A stretch of 64,000 nt of DNA from Octopus bimaculoides (GCF_001194135.2 NC_068981.1:100105564-100169563), one strand, 5' to 3'. Shown: positions 39,003 through 52,926, numbered from the stretch's first letter. Translations and numbers: made by a program. The notes: generated by a model from the letters alone, not told the origin.

Positions 39003-39210
39003 TGAACTGGCAGAATTGTTAGCATACCAAACAGAAATACTTAGTGTTATTTCTTCCAGCCCTTTATGTTCTGAGTTCAAATACCACCAGGACCAATTTT
39101 ATCTTTTGTCCATTTGGGGATCAATAAAATAAATACCAATTGAGCACTGGAGTCAATGTAATCAACTTTCCTTCTCATCAAAATTGCTAGTCTTGAGCCA
39201 GAAGTAGAGG
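39003..39210 (+). mobile_element. Old SINE family B-like copy
   Basis: gaactggcagaattgttagc...gttctgagttcaaat...gagcactggagtcaatgtaatc. Confidence 0.65.
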
Positions 39211-41349
39211 ATTTATTATTATTACTATCATTATTAGAATCATTGTGTCATAGCAGTCTGCATCTTTGGATTTATTCATGTTACATTCCAGGCAGTATCA
39301 TCTAATTACTCTCCTTGTTTTAGTCCTTGTAGGCTAAATTCAGTTTTTCTTTCCGTCATAAAAAGATAGAATTTTGAAACATTACCATACATATTTTATA
39401 GAGTTTTATTGATTTTACAAAATATTTATCCATTCAATTCTCTTTCATAAAAATAGAAATCTTTAAATTCACCCAAAACTATAGATTTTTCTCTCAAAAA
39501 AAAAAAAAAAACAGATGTTAAATTCAAACTTATTTATTTCCAAAAACCTAAAATGGAAATTCTTTCCATGAATAAAGTAAATATCTCTGAAAATATTGTG
39601 CAGGTAACATCAAAAACTTACTTATTGATGAAGAACAAGGTTATGAAGATTTTATAAGTTAGACTGAGGAGGAATGTGAAGAGATGTACCCCAGCCTTTT
39701 GCAGGTCTTCCCAGACAGGAGATATTACTGTGGTTGATGTTCAGTTTTAATATTTGTTGGTCAATGTTTTCAGAAAAATGTTTAATTAAATGGTCATAGA
39801 AGAGATACAGTAAGAATGAAAGCAAGAGGAAAGATGGGTGAAACTCTGTGACAAGTGTATACGACTAGTTAGTTTAGAAGAAAATAAGTCATTTTAGTAG
39901 CAACTAGATCATTACCGTTCACTACACTGCTGGTAAAAAACATTTGTTAATCATGCACATTTCTTCATAAATTGTGCAAAGAATGTTTAGATTCACTTTC
40001 TTGGTGGACATTAATAACAGTTTGAACACAGTTGAACAATAACATTTATTTAAAATACTTTTTTTCATATTCTACAGAATAAGTATAGTCAATGGAGAAC
40101 ATCTCATAAGATAACTTTATAATAAACAACATTCCATCCAAGTTCATTTTCCATCATCTTGTCTTTCCTTGGCTATACTGCCAAATTTTATTTGGTCTGT
40201 ATATTTGCACTGGTTTTCAGGGTCTCCCACTTAACTGTTAGCAACATAAAATTGTCCATGTATGAAGACTGGATCAGGTAGATACAATCCAACCTTCCCT
40301 TTTTCCCTCTCTCCACACAGATGTTTTTATGAACACACAGAGATCAGCTTCTCTTTTATAATATAAGATTGATGGGGCAAAGAAAGGAAACTGAGCATGT
40401 GAGAATCAGTGGTTACAGCATGCTAATAAGTGAATCTTAGCCAGTCACTTGAAAAACATTTCTTTTATACAATTTAGGATGTCCGTATGTACATAGCATC
40501 AGCATCCAATATGTGTGAGAATGCCCTAATATGGGTCTAACAGAGAAGCATCTTTATGGCTAACACTCTGGACTTCCCCACATTTATAGTAAAATAATTA
40601 AGAAGTTCACTTCACAATTATTTGGTTTTTCGATTTAATTCTGCTATGCAGCATTTGGAAAAAGTGTTTCTACTACAGTCTCATATCAACCAAAGCCTTG
40701 TAAATGGAATTTGATAGATGGAAATTGTAAGGAGGCCCATCAAAGTGATCATTCATGTTTGTAAGTAATAGATTAAATACATCACCCAGTTTAATACCAC
40801 TCAATTGGGTCTTAAGTGTTTTAGCAGGGTTTGATGAAGGTACCTAAAACAATCAGACCAGACCTCTTTTTGAAGAATAACTCCCTCTACCCCCATCAGT
40901 CTTGGAGATACTGTAAAGGTCATGCTCTCAGTCTTCCTCAAACTAATCCATTTAAAAACATTTAAAACAAAGAAAATTAATAGTATCTTAGTTTAAGCAG
41001 GGCATTATATTATTTGTCAGGACATAAAAACCTTATTTATCATGCAGTTGTACACTGATTGTCAGTGCAAGCAAAATTGATTAAAAGCTAATTTCCAGCA
41101 GAGTTCACAATATCTCAGAGTTGTTATATCCCTTCACATAATTTAGATAATTTGTCCCATTTTTATTTCACTAAAAATCTTTGACTTGAAGACAACAAGG
41201 AAGATTTTCCCTAGTTTACCTAAGAAAACAATGTCATAACAAGTCAGCTCTAGAAACAATGTTTTAAAAAAACAATGAACATCACTAAAATTAATTTTTT
41301 AAAAGCATAAAAATTATTTCTTTAAGCACAAAATGAGAAGTTTTCATAC

Positions 41350-41451
41350 ATTTCATCATTAAATATAAAGACAAAACGTTTGAAGATATCAATTTGCATA
41401 TGTCAATATTGCTGCCTTGGAAAAATCCTTGAACGTCATAAAATCTTATTC
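41350..41451 (-). CDS. Weak candidate 102-nt exon (IRFYDVQGFFQGSNIDICKLISSNVLSLYLMMK)
   Basis: AG acceptor and gtatga donor, phase 1 to 1, open frame, two retained CpGs. The pyrimidine tract is poor. Confidence 0.22.
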
Positions 41452-42514
41452 CTATGCATATAATTATTTTAAATTTCTGTAATTGTTTCTCATCAATTGG
41501 TTCATAGCATGATCCTTCATAAAATAATTGCTCATGTTTGGTCTTGGTTAGATACAGTTTAGTAAATTATCAAATGTAACTCAATTAAACCATAGTTATT
41601 TATTTATTTATTAACAGCATTTTTAAAAGATTAAGAATGATCTATTCTTCAAAAAAAAATTATTGGAGTAGGTATTACAAGGTTTAGCTTTGTATAAACT
41701 ATTAGAAGAATAGACTGCATCTCTAACAGTCTTGTTAACTTCAAGATTCCAGCAATTAAAACAAATTTAATATCTGTTACAAAGAAGTTTTAAAATCTTT
41801 AGATATTCCTACCAATGCTATATATATTCTGACTCATTCACTCTGCTCTCATATCTCTTCACACAATACATAAACATTCATACAAATTCAAAAAAGCCAA
41901 AGGGCAACTCTGAACATATATCAATTGCTATGGAACTATTCTGATTGAAAATACTCAATATTTTTTTTAATAGCTACACCACTCAGCTATGAAATGGAAA
42001 GAATGTCAATGCTGATACAGTGTGACAAGAAGATTACAATTTATTCTCATTTGGCTAGTAATCCAACAACTTAGCCATTTAGCCATCACATTCATAAAAG
42101 TGATAATATCAGATAATGTTATTGATAATGCTTTAAAAAGCAATATTTTACATATATTTTACAAATTGTAAATGGAGGTTTATTTTCATATAAACAATTT
42201 TCACATTACAACTTTATATTAGTTTACGCTACTGATAGGTTTTTATACCACATAATGTAATTTATGTACTCGATTTCATAATTTTTTTTTACATATATTA
42301 CTTCAGCTAAGTAAACAGCATTTCTATTACTTATAGGCCATAAATCATAACTTTCTTCAATGTTTTAGCCTACTTTTGTATTAAATCTAAACTAAATCAC
42401 AAAATTTCATTCTATATTGCTGAACATATCTCCACAGTGCTACTGGTGCTAACATTAAAAAGAAATTTACCTAAAACTATCTATTTACCTATATTTATTA
42501 ACCTTTTAAACATA

Positions 42515-42668
42515 GCAGGAGCGGCTCTGTGGTAAGTAGCTTGCTTACCAACCACATGGTTCTGGGTTCAGTCCCACTGCGTGGCACCTTGGGCAAGTGT
42601 CTTCTACTATAGCCTCGGGCCAACCAAAGCCTTGTGAGTGGATTTGGTAGCCGGAAACTGAAAGAAGC

Positions 42669-42705
<37 letters not shown>

Positions 42706-42875
42706 TGTTTGTGTGTCTATGTTTGTCCCCCCAACATCACTTGACAACCGATGCTGGTGTGTTTATGTCTTTGTAACTTAGCTTACAAAGAATAAGTCCT
42801 GGGGTTGATTTGCTTGACTAAAGGTGGTGCTTCAGCATGGCCACAGTCAAATGATTGAAACACGTAAAAGAGAGT
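42515..42875 (+). mobile_element. SINE family A, near full length
   Basis: gcaggagcggctctgtggtaag ... gattgaaacacgtaaaag. Confidence 0.85.
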
Positions 42876-42995
42876 AAAAAAAAAATCTCTAGACAATATC
42901 ATTGGAAAAATATCTGTTAGTGTTGCTGTTATTATATGGGAAAACATAGCATGACCGCAGCCACTTGGCTGAAACACATAAATAAATAAATATGT

Positions 42996-43020
42996 GTACG
43001 AGAGAGAGAGAGAGAGAGAG

Positions 43021-43116
<96 letters not shown>

Positions 43117-43128
43117 CGTGCGTGCGTG
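42996..43128. repeat. Compound (GA)n(GT)n(GCGT)n microsatellite
   Basis: Directly visible. Confidence 0.95.
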
Positions 43129-43499
43129 TATTAGGTTGTAATTGCCAATTAGTTGAATTCCTAGTGATGCTTTACATATTCTGTTAGAGACTATAGTGTG
43201 CTAACTTTCTTAAGACAAATTCTATATAGATTTTCTGATATGTTTACTAAAGCAAAAATCAGATTTCCTTTATACATATTTGGTTCAAAAACCAACCAAT
43301 GAACCTTGATGTACCATACATTAATATGGGATTATCATGAGTCCACATCATATATGCTTCTGTTAATGAAGGTAGTAATTGTCTGCTATGTCTCTCAAAG
43401 CAATATATTTTCCTAACAAAATGTTTCCAGAATTGTAATCTAGACACAACAAAATTTAGAAATCAATTTTGGAATATAAAATGTCAAGCTTTATCAATC

Positions 43500-45230
43500 A
43501 TCATATTCATCCAGTGGAATAACGATGACCATTTAGTCATCTTTAAGGATAACTGATGACTTATACAGTGACTTCGTTTAAAGTGGAGAAGAGTTGCACA
43601 CAGTCAGCCTCTCTCTCTTATCTGTGACTATCTTCAATCCTATTTCTTATTGTGATGGCCACTCACTGCTATTTCTCTTCATCCATTCCTGGCTGTCATC
43701 CTCTGCACTTGTTCCCCCCTCTTTCAGACTTTCGTTAGTTTAGTGTAGTTTACTCCATGTGTTCAGTGATGACACTTGAAAATATGCACAGCTAAGCTAA
43801 AAAACTCTCTTGTTTTTAATAGAAGAAAATTTGTAATGTCACAGATACAGCTTGGCCATATAATTTTCCAAGAACTGCTCAAAGTTAAAGGTTTCACTTC
43901 ATATCATGGCCTAGTTATATTATGCGAAGCATCCTTAATGTTGAATTTCTTCCAGAAATCCCCAAGTGTAGGTTTATCTGCCTTGTCAGTTGCTTTCAGA
44001 AGTTGTTTGAAAGTTCTCATATAATGCTCCTTGAAGTTAGCTATCACACAATTTGATTCATTGGCTGTAGTAAAGAAGTTGTATTCTTGAAAGTATATTC
44101 TACTCTCAGAAAGGTCATGTACGTTCAATGGATGGCTCAGTGTTTTGCCTAAAATAAGCAATGTTTTGTTGGAAATATTATCACTCACTCTGTATGAGAC
44201 ATAATCATCCATACCTTCTTATTTAGACACCAAATTAGAGGTAGATTAAACTTTGGGTAATTCTTGACAGCTCTCAGATTTTGTTATAATCTTTAAAATG
44301 TTCGGTAAACAGTATATTTAGTAAAAATAGTAAAAAGACAAGTATCTCTGACCGCCTACTACATACTCTGGTATTTCACGTACTTCTCTTTACTTATAGT
44401 GACTAAGTTATTCCATTCATCATGTGGGAGGGGTGTACCATTATTACTAATTTCCTACAACAGATTTTCAGAGTGATACATGTGTAGGGGCTTTAATTTT
44501 ATGTCACCAACATTATTTCCTTCCAAAAGAAGTGTCAGATAATTTTTGGAGGTTTTATATCCTGGTGTTGATTTTTTTTCTTAAGAAATAAAAGTTCTAA
44601 CAGGCATGCATTTCCAGTAAAGTGCAGTTTCATCAACATTGAGTACTTATTCTGGTGTGTAGCCTCCTTCAGCAATCGTTTCTTTCAACTGTTCAGGATA
44701 ATTTAGTAGCAGCCTCTGTATCAGCACTCGCAGTCTCTCTAGTCATTTTTATGTTGTGCAAATTCATATTATCTTTAAGCTTTTCAAACCAGATTTTACT
44801 AACCAAGGGATTTCCATTAGAAGTTTCACCTTTTTTTTTTTGCAAATCATCATATAAATTTTTGGCTCCTTTTTTGAATTGACATCATGTTTATCAGCAT
44901 ATTATGCCAATTCTGATCCTTGATCTATACACTCAAGCATCATTCCATTTTAAGCATTACATTAGATCTATAGAAAAATAAAGTCTGAACAGTCAATGGA
45001 ATAGCTTCTTGAGCACTTTACATAGTTTGCTCTCTGTTGTTATGTATTGTTCCTTCAGTAGATGTTGCAAGATTTAATGCTTTGGCAATATAATCTTACT
45101 TCTGCATGAAGTCCTTTTACATATCACATTTAATATTCAGTGTAATCCCTTTATGGTTCCTTTTCATACTACTGCCTTAATGTCTACTTGATAGCTTCTT
45201 TCCAGGCATTTTAAACTAAAGGCAAATCCA
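43500..45230 (-). mobile_element. Tigger/pogo-family transposase fossil
   Basis: VIANFKEHYMRTFKQLLKATD..TLGDFWKKFNIKDA (DDE_1 domain), GDIKLKPLHMYHSEN, DETALYWKCMP and a CENP-B-type HTH region upstream. Many stops. Confidence 0.85.
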
Positions 45231-46224
45231 AAAGCAGCAGGGATTAATTATCTGCAACAACTATAGAGTTAAAAATTAGCCCAAGGAAGATCTGCTTAGT
45301 GAGAACAGAAAAAAGGTGAATATATTTATTTAACTCCGAAAGGAGGAAAGACAAAGTCGACCTCGGTAGAATTTGAACTCAGAATGTAGTGATGGGCAAA
45401 ATACAGCTAAGCATTTCACCCAGCATGCTAATGTTTCTGCCAGCTTGCTACTTTATGATATGCACAATACTAAAAAAATATGCACCTATAAATAAATGTA
45501 GGTACATACACATATATACCTATAGAGACATACATACATATAAGCATATGCATGTATATATTTATATATATATTTACATATATATACATTACTGCATGGA
45601 CACATTGATAGTAAAAAAGATACTTATGTAGGTGTATTCAGTTGCGCACACATCCATAGACATAAATATGCATATGAGCATGTATATGTATCTATAAGAA
45701 AATATGCATAAAATTATATATATATATATATACATGGACATAAAACGTGGACATACCTGTCTATTAATGTACATACTAAATATACATCATCATCATCAAT
45801 AAACAGATATGGCTACATATACATGCATATAAACATAAATATCAGAAACAGGGCACATGCATAGATACATATATATTCATAGGCATACACACAGATACAA
45901 ATATGTATGTGTACATATAGATATCTTAACACAATAACTATATACATTAGTATATATGTAAGTGTATGTATATAAACACTAAGATGTAAACACTTCAACT
46001 AAATTCAATCTACCAAACATTATTATAGGACCAGAATTAATGATTCAGGTATATTAATAAAAGGAATTAATGTCTAAGGTAGATGCAAACAGAAGTACAT
46101 AGAGGTTTGAAGGTGTAGAATTATGAAAACATGTGGTCATTATAGAGTAGCAGCTTTAAATATGGAAAAATGGCTCAGACATTAAATATGATAGACTGGA
46201 ATATCAAACCTCAACATGCAAGAA

Positions 46225-46790
46225 GTATTTTATAAATAGCAGAATGTCTAAAAGGTCTAATACATTTTCTATTTCTACAGTGAAGCCAAATTACAGTTAG
46301 TCAAGGTGTAGAATTATATATTTATATTGATAAAGGTTAGTGTATGCTCAATATTCAAGTGTCAAGTTATGTATAGTTATCATATGGAAACTTTAAATTT
46401 AAGGTGCTAACACCAATAGAAAAATAAGTATTTTCACACATAGAATATTTGAATATGGTCTAATACATTATCTATCACTGAGGTGGAAATAAATAATGGT
46501 GAACAAGGTAGGGAATTATTCAATTGTATTGATCTAGGTAGTAGAATGTCTGGATATGGTTTAATATATTATCAATTAAAGTAAGACTAAAATATGGTTA
46601 ACCAAAGTAGGGAATTAGCTAGCATACATGAATGATTTAGATGTAGGTGCTGGCTTTCATGGGTAAGAAGTATTTCTCTAAACAGCAGAATGTGTGAATA
46701 TATTCTAAAACATTATCTATTATTAAGATAGTATAACATTACAAGTAATATAGATGTGGAATTTATTCAAAGCATTAATCCAGGCTATTA
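46225..46790 (+). repeat. Degenerate tandem array of about 4 units of 100-200 bp
   Basis: Recurring agcagaatgtct..ggtctaatacattatctat..caaggtrggaattat motif near 46240, 46445, 46540 and 46685. Confidence 0.55.
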
Positions 46791-47409
46791 AGTCAATTAA
46801 GGTAGACAATGATTAAGTGCGATGTTAAGTATAGTTAGAATGTAGGAAAGATTTATATTTAAGGTGTTGGCATCTTAGAATCAATTCATTATGTTGATTT
46901 ATAATATTTGATTTAAATTTAATATGGAATGCCTCAGAAACACAGAGCCCATACCATCCACAGCCATTTTCTTATAACTGAGCATTACGTACAATGGACC
47001 CAGCAATTTTAAATTTAATATTATTATCAGTGAAAAGATGTACGAAGCTAGCTAAAGATATACTATTAGCCTTTACTTTATGACTAAATATAGATCTGTG
47101 ATTAATCCAGCAAAGTTTGAATGAGGAAGAGGATGCACCAGTGTAAGCATATTCTTTACTAAGAGCAATGACAGAGCACTTATATACTATATTTTCCCTA
47201 AGGTATTGTTTTAAGGATTGCTTTATTATAAATTATCATGAATTACATAATCTTTACTCTTGCTATACTAGGAAATATATGTTGTGCAGTAATCATAAGG
47301 AAGATGATTGCATAATCACTTTGATTTAATCTATTAGTTATTTATCAACTAAATGAGAGTTGTAGATGATTTGCATAATTACTTTGAGACACAAGATTTT
47401 CAGTATTTT

Positions 47410-47985
47410 TTACTATAGCCTTGGGTTGATCAAGGCCTTGTGAATGAAATTTTGGAAACAGAAACTGTACAGAGGCGAGCTGGCAGAAACGTTAGCACGC
47501 CAGGCAAAATGCTTATCTGTATTTCGTCTGCTGCTACGTTCTTAATTCAAATTTCGTCGAGGTCGACTTTGCCTTTCATCCTTTCGGGGTCGATAAATTA
47601 AGTACCAGTTACGCACTGGGGTCGATGTAATCGACTTAATCCCTTTGTCTGTCCTTGTTTGTCCCCTCTGTGTTTTGTCCATTGTGGGCAATAAAGATAT
47701 AAGAAACTGTACAGAAACCTGGTGTGTGCATGTATGTGTGTGTTTGTGTGTAGACAGACAGACAAACAGACAGCCAGACAGATAGATAGATGTGAGTGTG
47801 CCTCAACGCTTGACAACTGGTGCTGGTTTGATTATGTTCCTGTAAGTTAGTGGTTTGGAAAAAGAGATTGATAGAATAAAAACCAGACTTAAACCTTAAG
47901 CAGTGGGTTCAACTTATTTGACTATTATCCTTCAAGGCAGTGTCCCACCCCTGATGGATACAGTCTAATGACTAAAAGAATAGAA
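47410..47985 (+). mobile_element. Old SINE family A interrupted by a young SINE B
   Basis: Family A sequence on both sides of 47474-47701. Confidence 0.75.
47474..47701 (+). mobile_element. SINE family B, full length, with 14-bp TSD
   Basis: ggcgagctggcagaaacgttagc ... gggcaataaagatata. TSD agaaactgtacaga at 47460-47473 and 47702-47715. CpGs largely intact. Confidence 0.9.
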
Positions 47986-48386
47986 GAACATTTTTTCACA
48001 TTGACAGCAAGCAATGGTGTGTTTGTTTACATTACCTGTAAACAACACAATAATTTAAAGGTTTCATCAGATTCATGTGAAGACTGGTGAAATAAAAATG
48101 TTCTCCTTGAAAAACAAATAATGGTTGACAACAGGAAGGATATCTAGCCATAGTATATTGTTTTGATATATTTTATCCAACTCATGCCAGCATGGAAAAA
48201 AACAGTTATAAAAATAATGGTGATGTTATGTGAACAGCTATTCTTAGCAAAGTGAAAAACTAGTCTTCTGACAGTTTTCATCTCCGTTTTCTCAAAAGAA
48301 TAACAGATGCAGTAAGATTGTGGATATTTTAATACTTGTATGACTTCTCTGAGCAGTTGATTAGTTTTACAGATATAACTTTTTAC

Positions 48387-48442
48387 CTGGAGCCAAAACA
48401 CCAACGGTACAATAGGATAGAGAAGTAGCAGCTGTTTGTCAA
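48387..48442 (-). CDS. Candidate 56-nt exon (LTNSCYFSILLYRWCFGS or xDKQLLLLYPIVPLVFWLQ)
   Basis: ttgtattttactctag acceptor, CAG|gtaaaa donor, about 45% GC, two open phases. Confidence 0.4.
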
Positions 48443-48589
48443 CTAGAGTAAAATACAAGTGGCAAAGTCTGGTTTCAGGATATGAACTTTTAAGTTGTAG
48501 CAACTATTCATCTCCATTCTCTCTAAAATGTCAAAAGTTTTCCATGAAAGGAAAATTAACATCTTTTATTTTTTACTTGTTTCTGTCAT

Positions 48590-49020
48590 TAGATTACAGC
48601 CATGCTGGGGCACTACCTTGAAGAATTTTTAGTCGAATGAATCAGCCCCAGTACTAATTTTTTTTCTGTTAAGCCTGGTACTTATTCTATTGGTCACTAT
48701 TGCTGAACTGCTAAGTTATGGGGATGTAAACACACCAGCACCGGTTGTCAAGCGGTGGTGGGAGACAAACATAGGCATAAAGACACACACACACGTGTGC
48801 ATGCACAAATGCACACACACACATGTGCATGCACAAATGCACACCCACACATGTATGCAACAAGCTTCTTTCAGTTTCCGTCTACAAAATCCACTCATAA
48901 GGCTTTGGTTGGCCTGAGGCAATAGTAGAAGACATTTTCTCAAGATGCCATCCATGCTGTAGGACTGAACTTGGAACCAAGTGGTTTGAAAGCAAGCTTC
49001 TTACCACACAGTCATGCCTG
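48590..49020 (-). mobile_element. SINE family A, near full length
   Basis: Reverse complement of both the head and the tail of family A. Confidence 0.8.
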
Positions 49021-49429
49021 TGTCTATACAGTTTTATTTAATAGCGTATTTTTTTTTAAGTTTATGTATTAATTTTTAATTTATTCCTCGTTGTTTGTAA
49101 ATTTTGGTTTATATATTCATTGATGCTCATTGATTTTGTTTATACAGTAATTTTATGCATACATTTATCAAGTGATCTATTATATCTATATAAACTAACA
49201 TTGCAACTCATCTTCCTACCCCCCCCCCTTCTGATAACTTGAAAGAATGCCCCACCACATCTTCTGCACCATCTTCTCTCTCTTCTCCTTTTCTAACAAG
49301 GGTAACCATGTACCTCCTCTACTGTAAGACACTTGTTACTGTCCCTCTATCATACTATAATCTCTCATTATCTGGTACAAAGTCACCTCCCTTAATACTA
49401 CTCTCCTCTCAGTTGAGGAGTCTTGTCTT

Positions 49430-49690
49430 GCAGGTTACTTGCTGGTGCCATGTAAAAAGCATCCAGCACACTCTGTAAAGTGGTTGGCATTAGAAATAGC
49501 ATCCAGTCATAGAAACCATGCCAAAGCAGTCAGTAGGACTTGCAGTTTTCTGGCTTACTAGCACCTGGCAAATCATCCAACATGCAAAGTGCGGATGTAG
49601 CCCAACTTGAAAAGTGAATGTTAAATGATGATGATGATGATGATGATGAGCATGATGAAGATGATGATGGTGATGAGAATGATGATGATT
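49430..49690 (+). mobile_element. Retroposon 3' tail ending in (GAT)n
   Basis: gctggtgccatgtaaaaagcatcc...tagaaaccatgcc...gttaaatgatgatg. Confidence 0.55.
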
Positions 49691-50687
49691 TACAGTAATT
49701 AGACTATTATTATTTCATGTTTCATTAAACTTTCATCAAGCCCATTATATTTGTCACATACTCTTTGAATTAAGAAGGCTTGTGAATGTTCTGCTACATG
49801 CAGAAAGGGTTGATAATTTTAATAAATATATCAAACTATGAAACACATAATTAAATTCACTGATATTTCTGAAATTCTAGACTTTCTTTTTTTTACAGCA
49901 GCATAATCTTCCTAGCACAAACTGTTTTCCTGTGAGGTTGACAAGCAATAATAGATTTTGTCTTCAGTCTTCTGTTACAATACAATTGAATCTGTCGCTT
50001 TGTAACCCATAAAATGTGGAACTTTGAAGCTGATTAGTCAACCTGGAAATACAGGAATGTTATGTGTTGAGATTTATTACAATGGTCATATAAGATTAGT
50101 TTATTTCCTTTGAGTAAAATATCTTAAAGATATTGATAATCATTTTCATTCTTCGCCAAACATTTCGCCCTGATTATTGTATTATAAACTCTTTGTTTTT
50201 AAAATGAAAACCCATGTGTTTAAATTTTAGTTTTTAAGGCAGTGAAACCACAATAAAAATCATGTAAAAGTGTCAGAATTCAGTTAAAAGGCTGACTAAA
50301 TAAATGAAGTTTTAACAAAGACCCAGGTATTGGTTATATAATATTGCTAGGTAAGATAAAAGCATGAATATATCTAAAATTTAGGATATGTTGGCTTCAT
50401 GCAAAGCATTTGATTGTCTAACGCTGTATTATAGTTAGATCTATTCAACAATAACAACAGCCTTAAAAAAAGTACCAGCAGAAGTAAAAGAAAAATGGCT
50501 TTAAAATGATGATGACAGTAAAAACAACAACAATAATAATGATAGAGATGATACACGTTATTGTTGTTAAATTGCATTGTTAGAAGAACATGCATGTTAG
50601 CAGAATAATTAGCATTTAGGAGGGTGTATCCTGACATGATGATACATGCTCCAACAATTCATGCAGATGTCTGAATAACTAACCAAT

Positions 50688-50743
<56 letters not shown>

Positions 50744-51730
50744 TGCATGCACATACACACAAACATGTACATGCATAAACACACACATATGCACAAATAC
50801 AAATACACATATACATATACACACACAAACATACATGTACAAACATAAACACATACATATACACAAACACATGCAGATACACAAACACACATACATACTC
50901 ACACACACAAACACAAATCCACACAACCACACTTGCTTACACACACTTAGTAAGCCAATGTGAAGATCTCTGAAAAAGATTTTTTTTTTCTTGGCAGTTA
51001 TGTAATTACAGAACTGTCTGTCTTCACTCTGTTAATAACATTACATTCTAAGCTGCTATCAATTCCAGTCATTTGGTAATAACCTTCAAACCAATTCTGA
51101 TATTTTCTAATTTAATATCAATTTGCTTATCTACAAGTTTTCAGTTTGGTTTCTTTCCAGCTTTTTCTCTGATCAAAACAAAAACTATGGCTTTTAAATA
51201 GTTTTCTTCAACCTGCTCTTGCTTAAATAATAATGCATTTTCAGAAATTATCAGTTTATTATGGCAGTGGAGGTGGAGGTGGAGGTGGAGGTGGTGGTGG
51301 TGGAGGTGCAGCTGCCGGTGTTGTTAATGTTTACTTGCATATTTTTTACTAAATGTTTGAGAAAATCCTCCTCAACAATATGGAGGCAGCAGTATCTTGG
51401 TGCAATTGTACTGCCTTCCCACCTACCACAAGGTCCAGTCCTTGTTGTGGTGTGATGCCTTGTGTACTTCAATGACCCTGAGAGCTGTGCCAGTAGGAAG
51501 CAAGTTCTTAATAGGGCCTTCCAAGCTGGACAGGTCAAAGGATAGAGGCTAGATTAATATGGACCACCTCTTCCCAGATTTAGAAATAGATTTGTGTAGA
51601 GCCCCTACATGGAAAAGAGCACCAATGATAATTCAAAACAAATGAGATCTTGGAGAGGAAAAGGCAGCTCAGAGTTAAGAACAGTGAAGAAAAATCATCA
51701 GTGACCTATGTTCTATAGGGAGCAAAGGGC

Positions 51731-52169
51731 TTAACCTCTTGTTATTCAGGATACTCTGTCAAATATAATGCTTATTTATTCACATTGTTTTGATTTAATC
51801 TGCATAATCTCATAACTTTGAAATTTTAATGATGTGGTTATTTATTTTTAGAATGACATTGCAGAGAAGGTGTGAGAGGTCAGTTTGAACATAAAACAGA
51901 TTGCATATCTTGCCAGATATGGCCAGTTTAAATGCTTAACTCTTTAGCTTTTAAACTGGCCATATCCGGCCCAGATATTCTACCTGTTTTATGTTCAAAC
52001 CAGCCAGATCCAGCTGCTCGCACCTATCTTATGATGTCATTCTAAAAATAAGCAATCACATCATCAAAATCTCAAAGCTACAAGATAATGCATAATTAAT
52101 TGAAAACTGTGATTAAATAAGCATTACATTTGACAGAGTAATTTAAATGTTAAAGGATTAAAGGGTTAA
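51731..52169. mobile_element. TTAA-flanked (piggyBac-like) MITE with a second copy nested in opposite orientation
   Basis: Outer TTAA at 51731 and 52166-52169. Inner copy 51936-52161 bounded by TTAA. Homologous to the free copy at 54582-54816. Confidence 0.75.
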
Positions 52170-52685
52170 GTAAGTAATCTTACTGCCTGTTATCATTTTG
52201 TTTTCCTTTGTCTACCATTGTACTCTTGTTACCTTTCTGCCATACAACTTGGTTTCCTGTCATCATGTTGCTTTTCAGCCAGAGCTTAGATGAAAAGTGC
52301 CCAAGTTGCCATGCAATGTAACTGAATCCCAAACCACATGGTGATGAGAACTTCTTAAATACACCACCATGTTTTTGCCATGTGAGTGTATGTGTGTTGT
52401 GTGTTTAGACCCCAATTGATAACCACTGAAATAGACAGATTCAGGGAAATATAACTTTAGTGTTCAGTGAATTAGAATAAAAATTACTAAAGGAAGTTAA
52501 CTTTCTTGAAATAGATGCAAACAAATTTTTCCCTTATTACAAGCTTGATGTAAGGTTATTTTATATAAATAAAGGTTCCAATCATTTGCAAAATGTCCTC
52601 CACAATTTAGTAACCACATATCATACTATCTTCAGAGGCAAAAGCTTTTGCAATAGCATTACATTTCGATAACAAAGTATTTACA

Positions 52686-52849
52686 TGGCTGTGTGGTAAA
52701 AAGCTTATTTTCCAAACACATGATTCTGGGTTCAGACCCACTGTGTGGCATTTTGGGCGCAAGTGTCATCTACTCTAGCCTCAAGTGAACCAAAGCCTTA
52801 TGAGTGGACTTGGTAGGCAGAAACTGAAAGAAGTTCATTGTGTGTGTGT

Positions 52850-52926
<77 letters not shown>

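Noticed and set aside
49880-51100. Further minus-strand exon candidates (50042 acceptor, 50941-50969, about 51043-51104) and 43315-43412, 19404-19447, 60423-60460
   Set aside because: Phases conflict or donors are weak, and such matches are expected by chance in AT-rich DNA.
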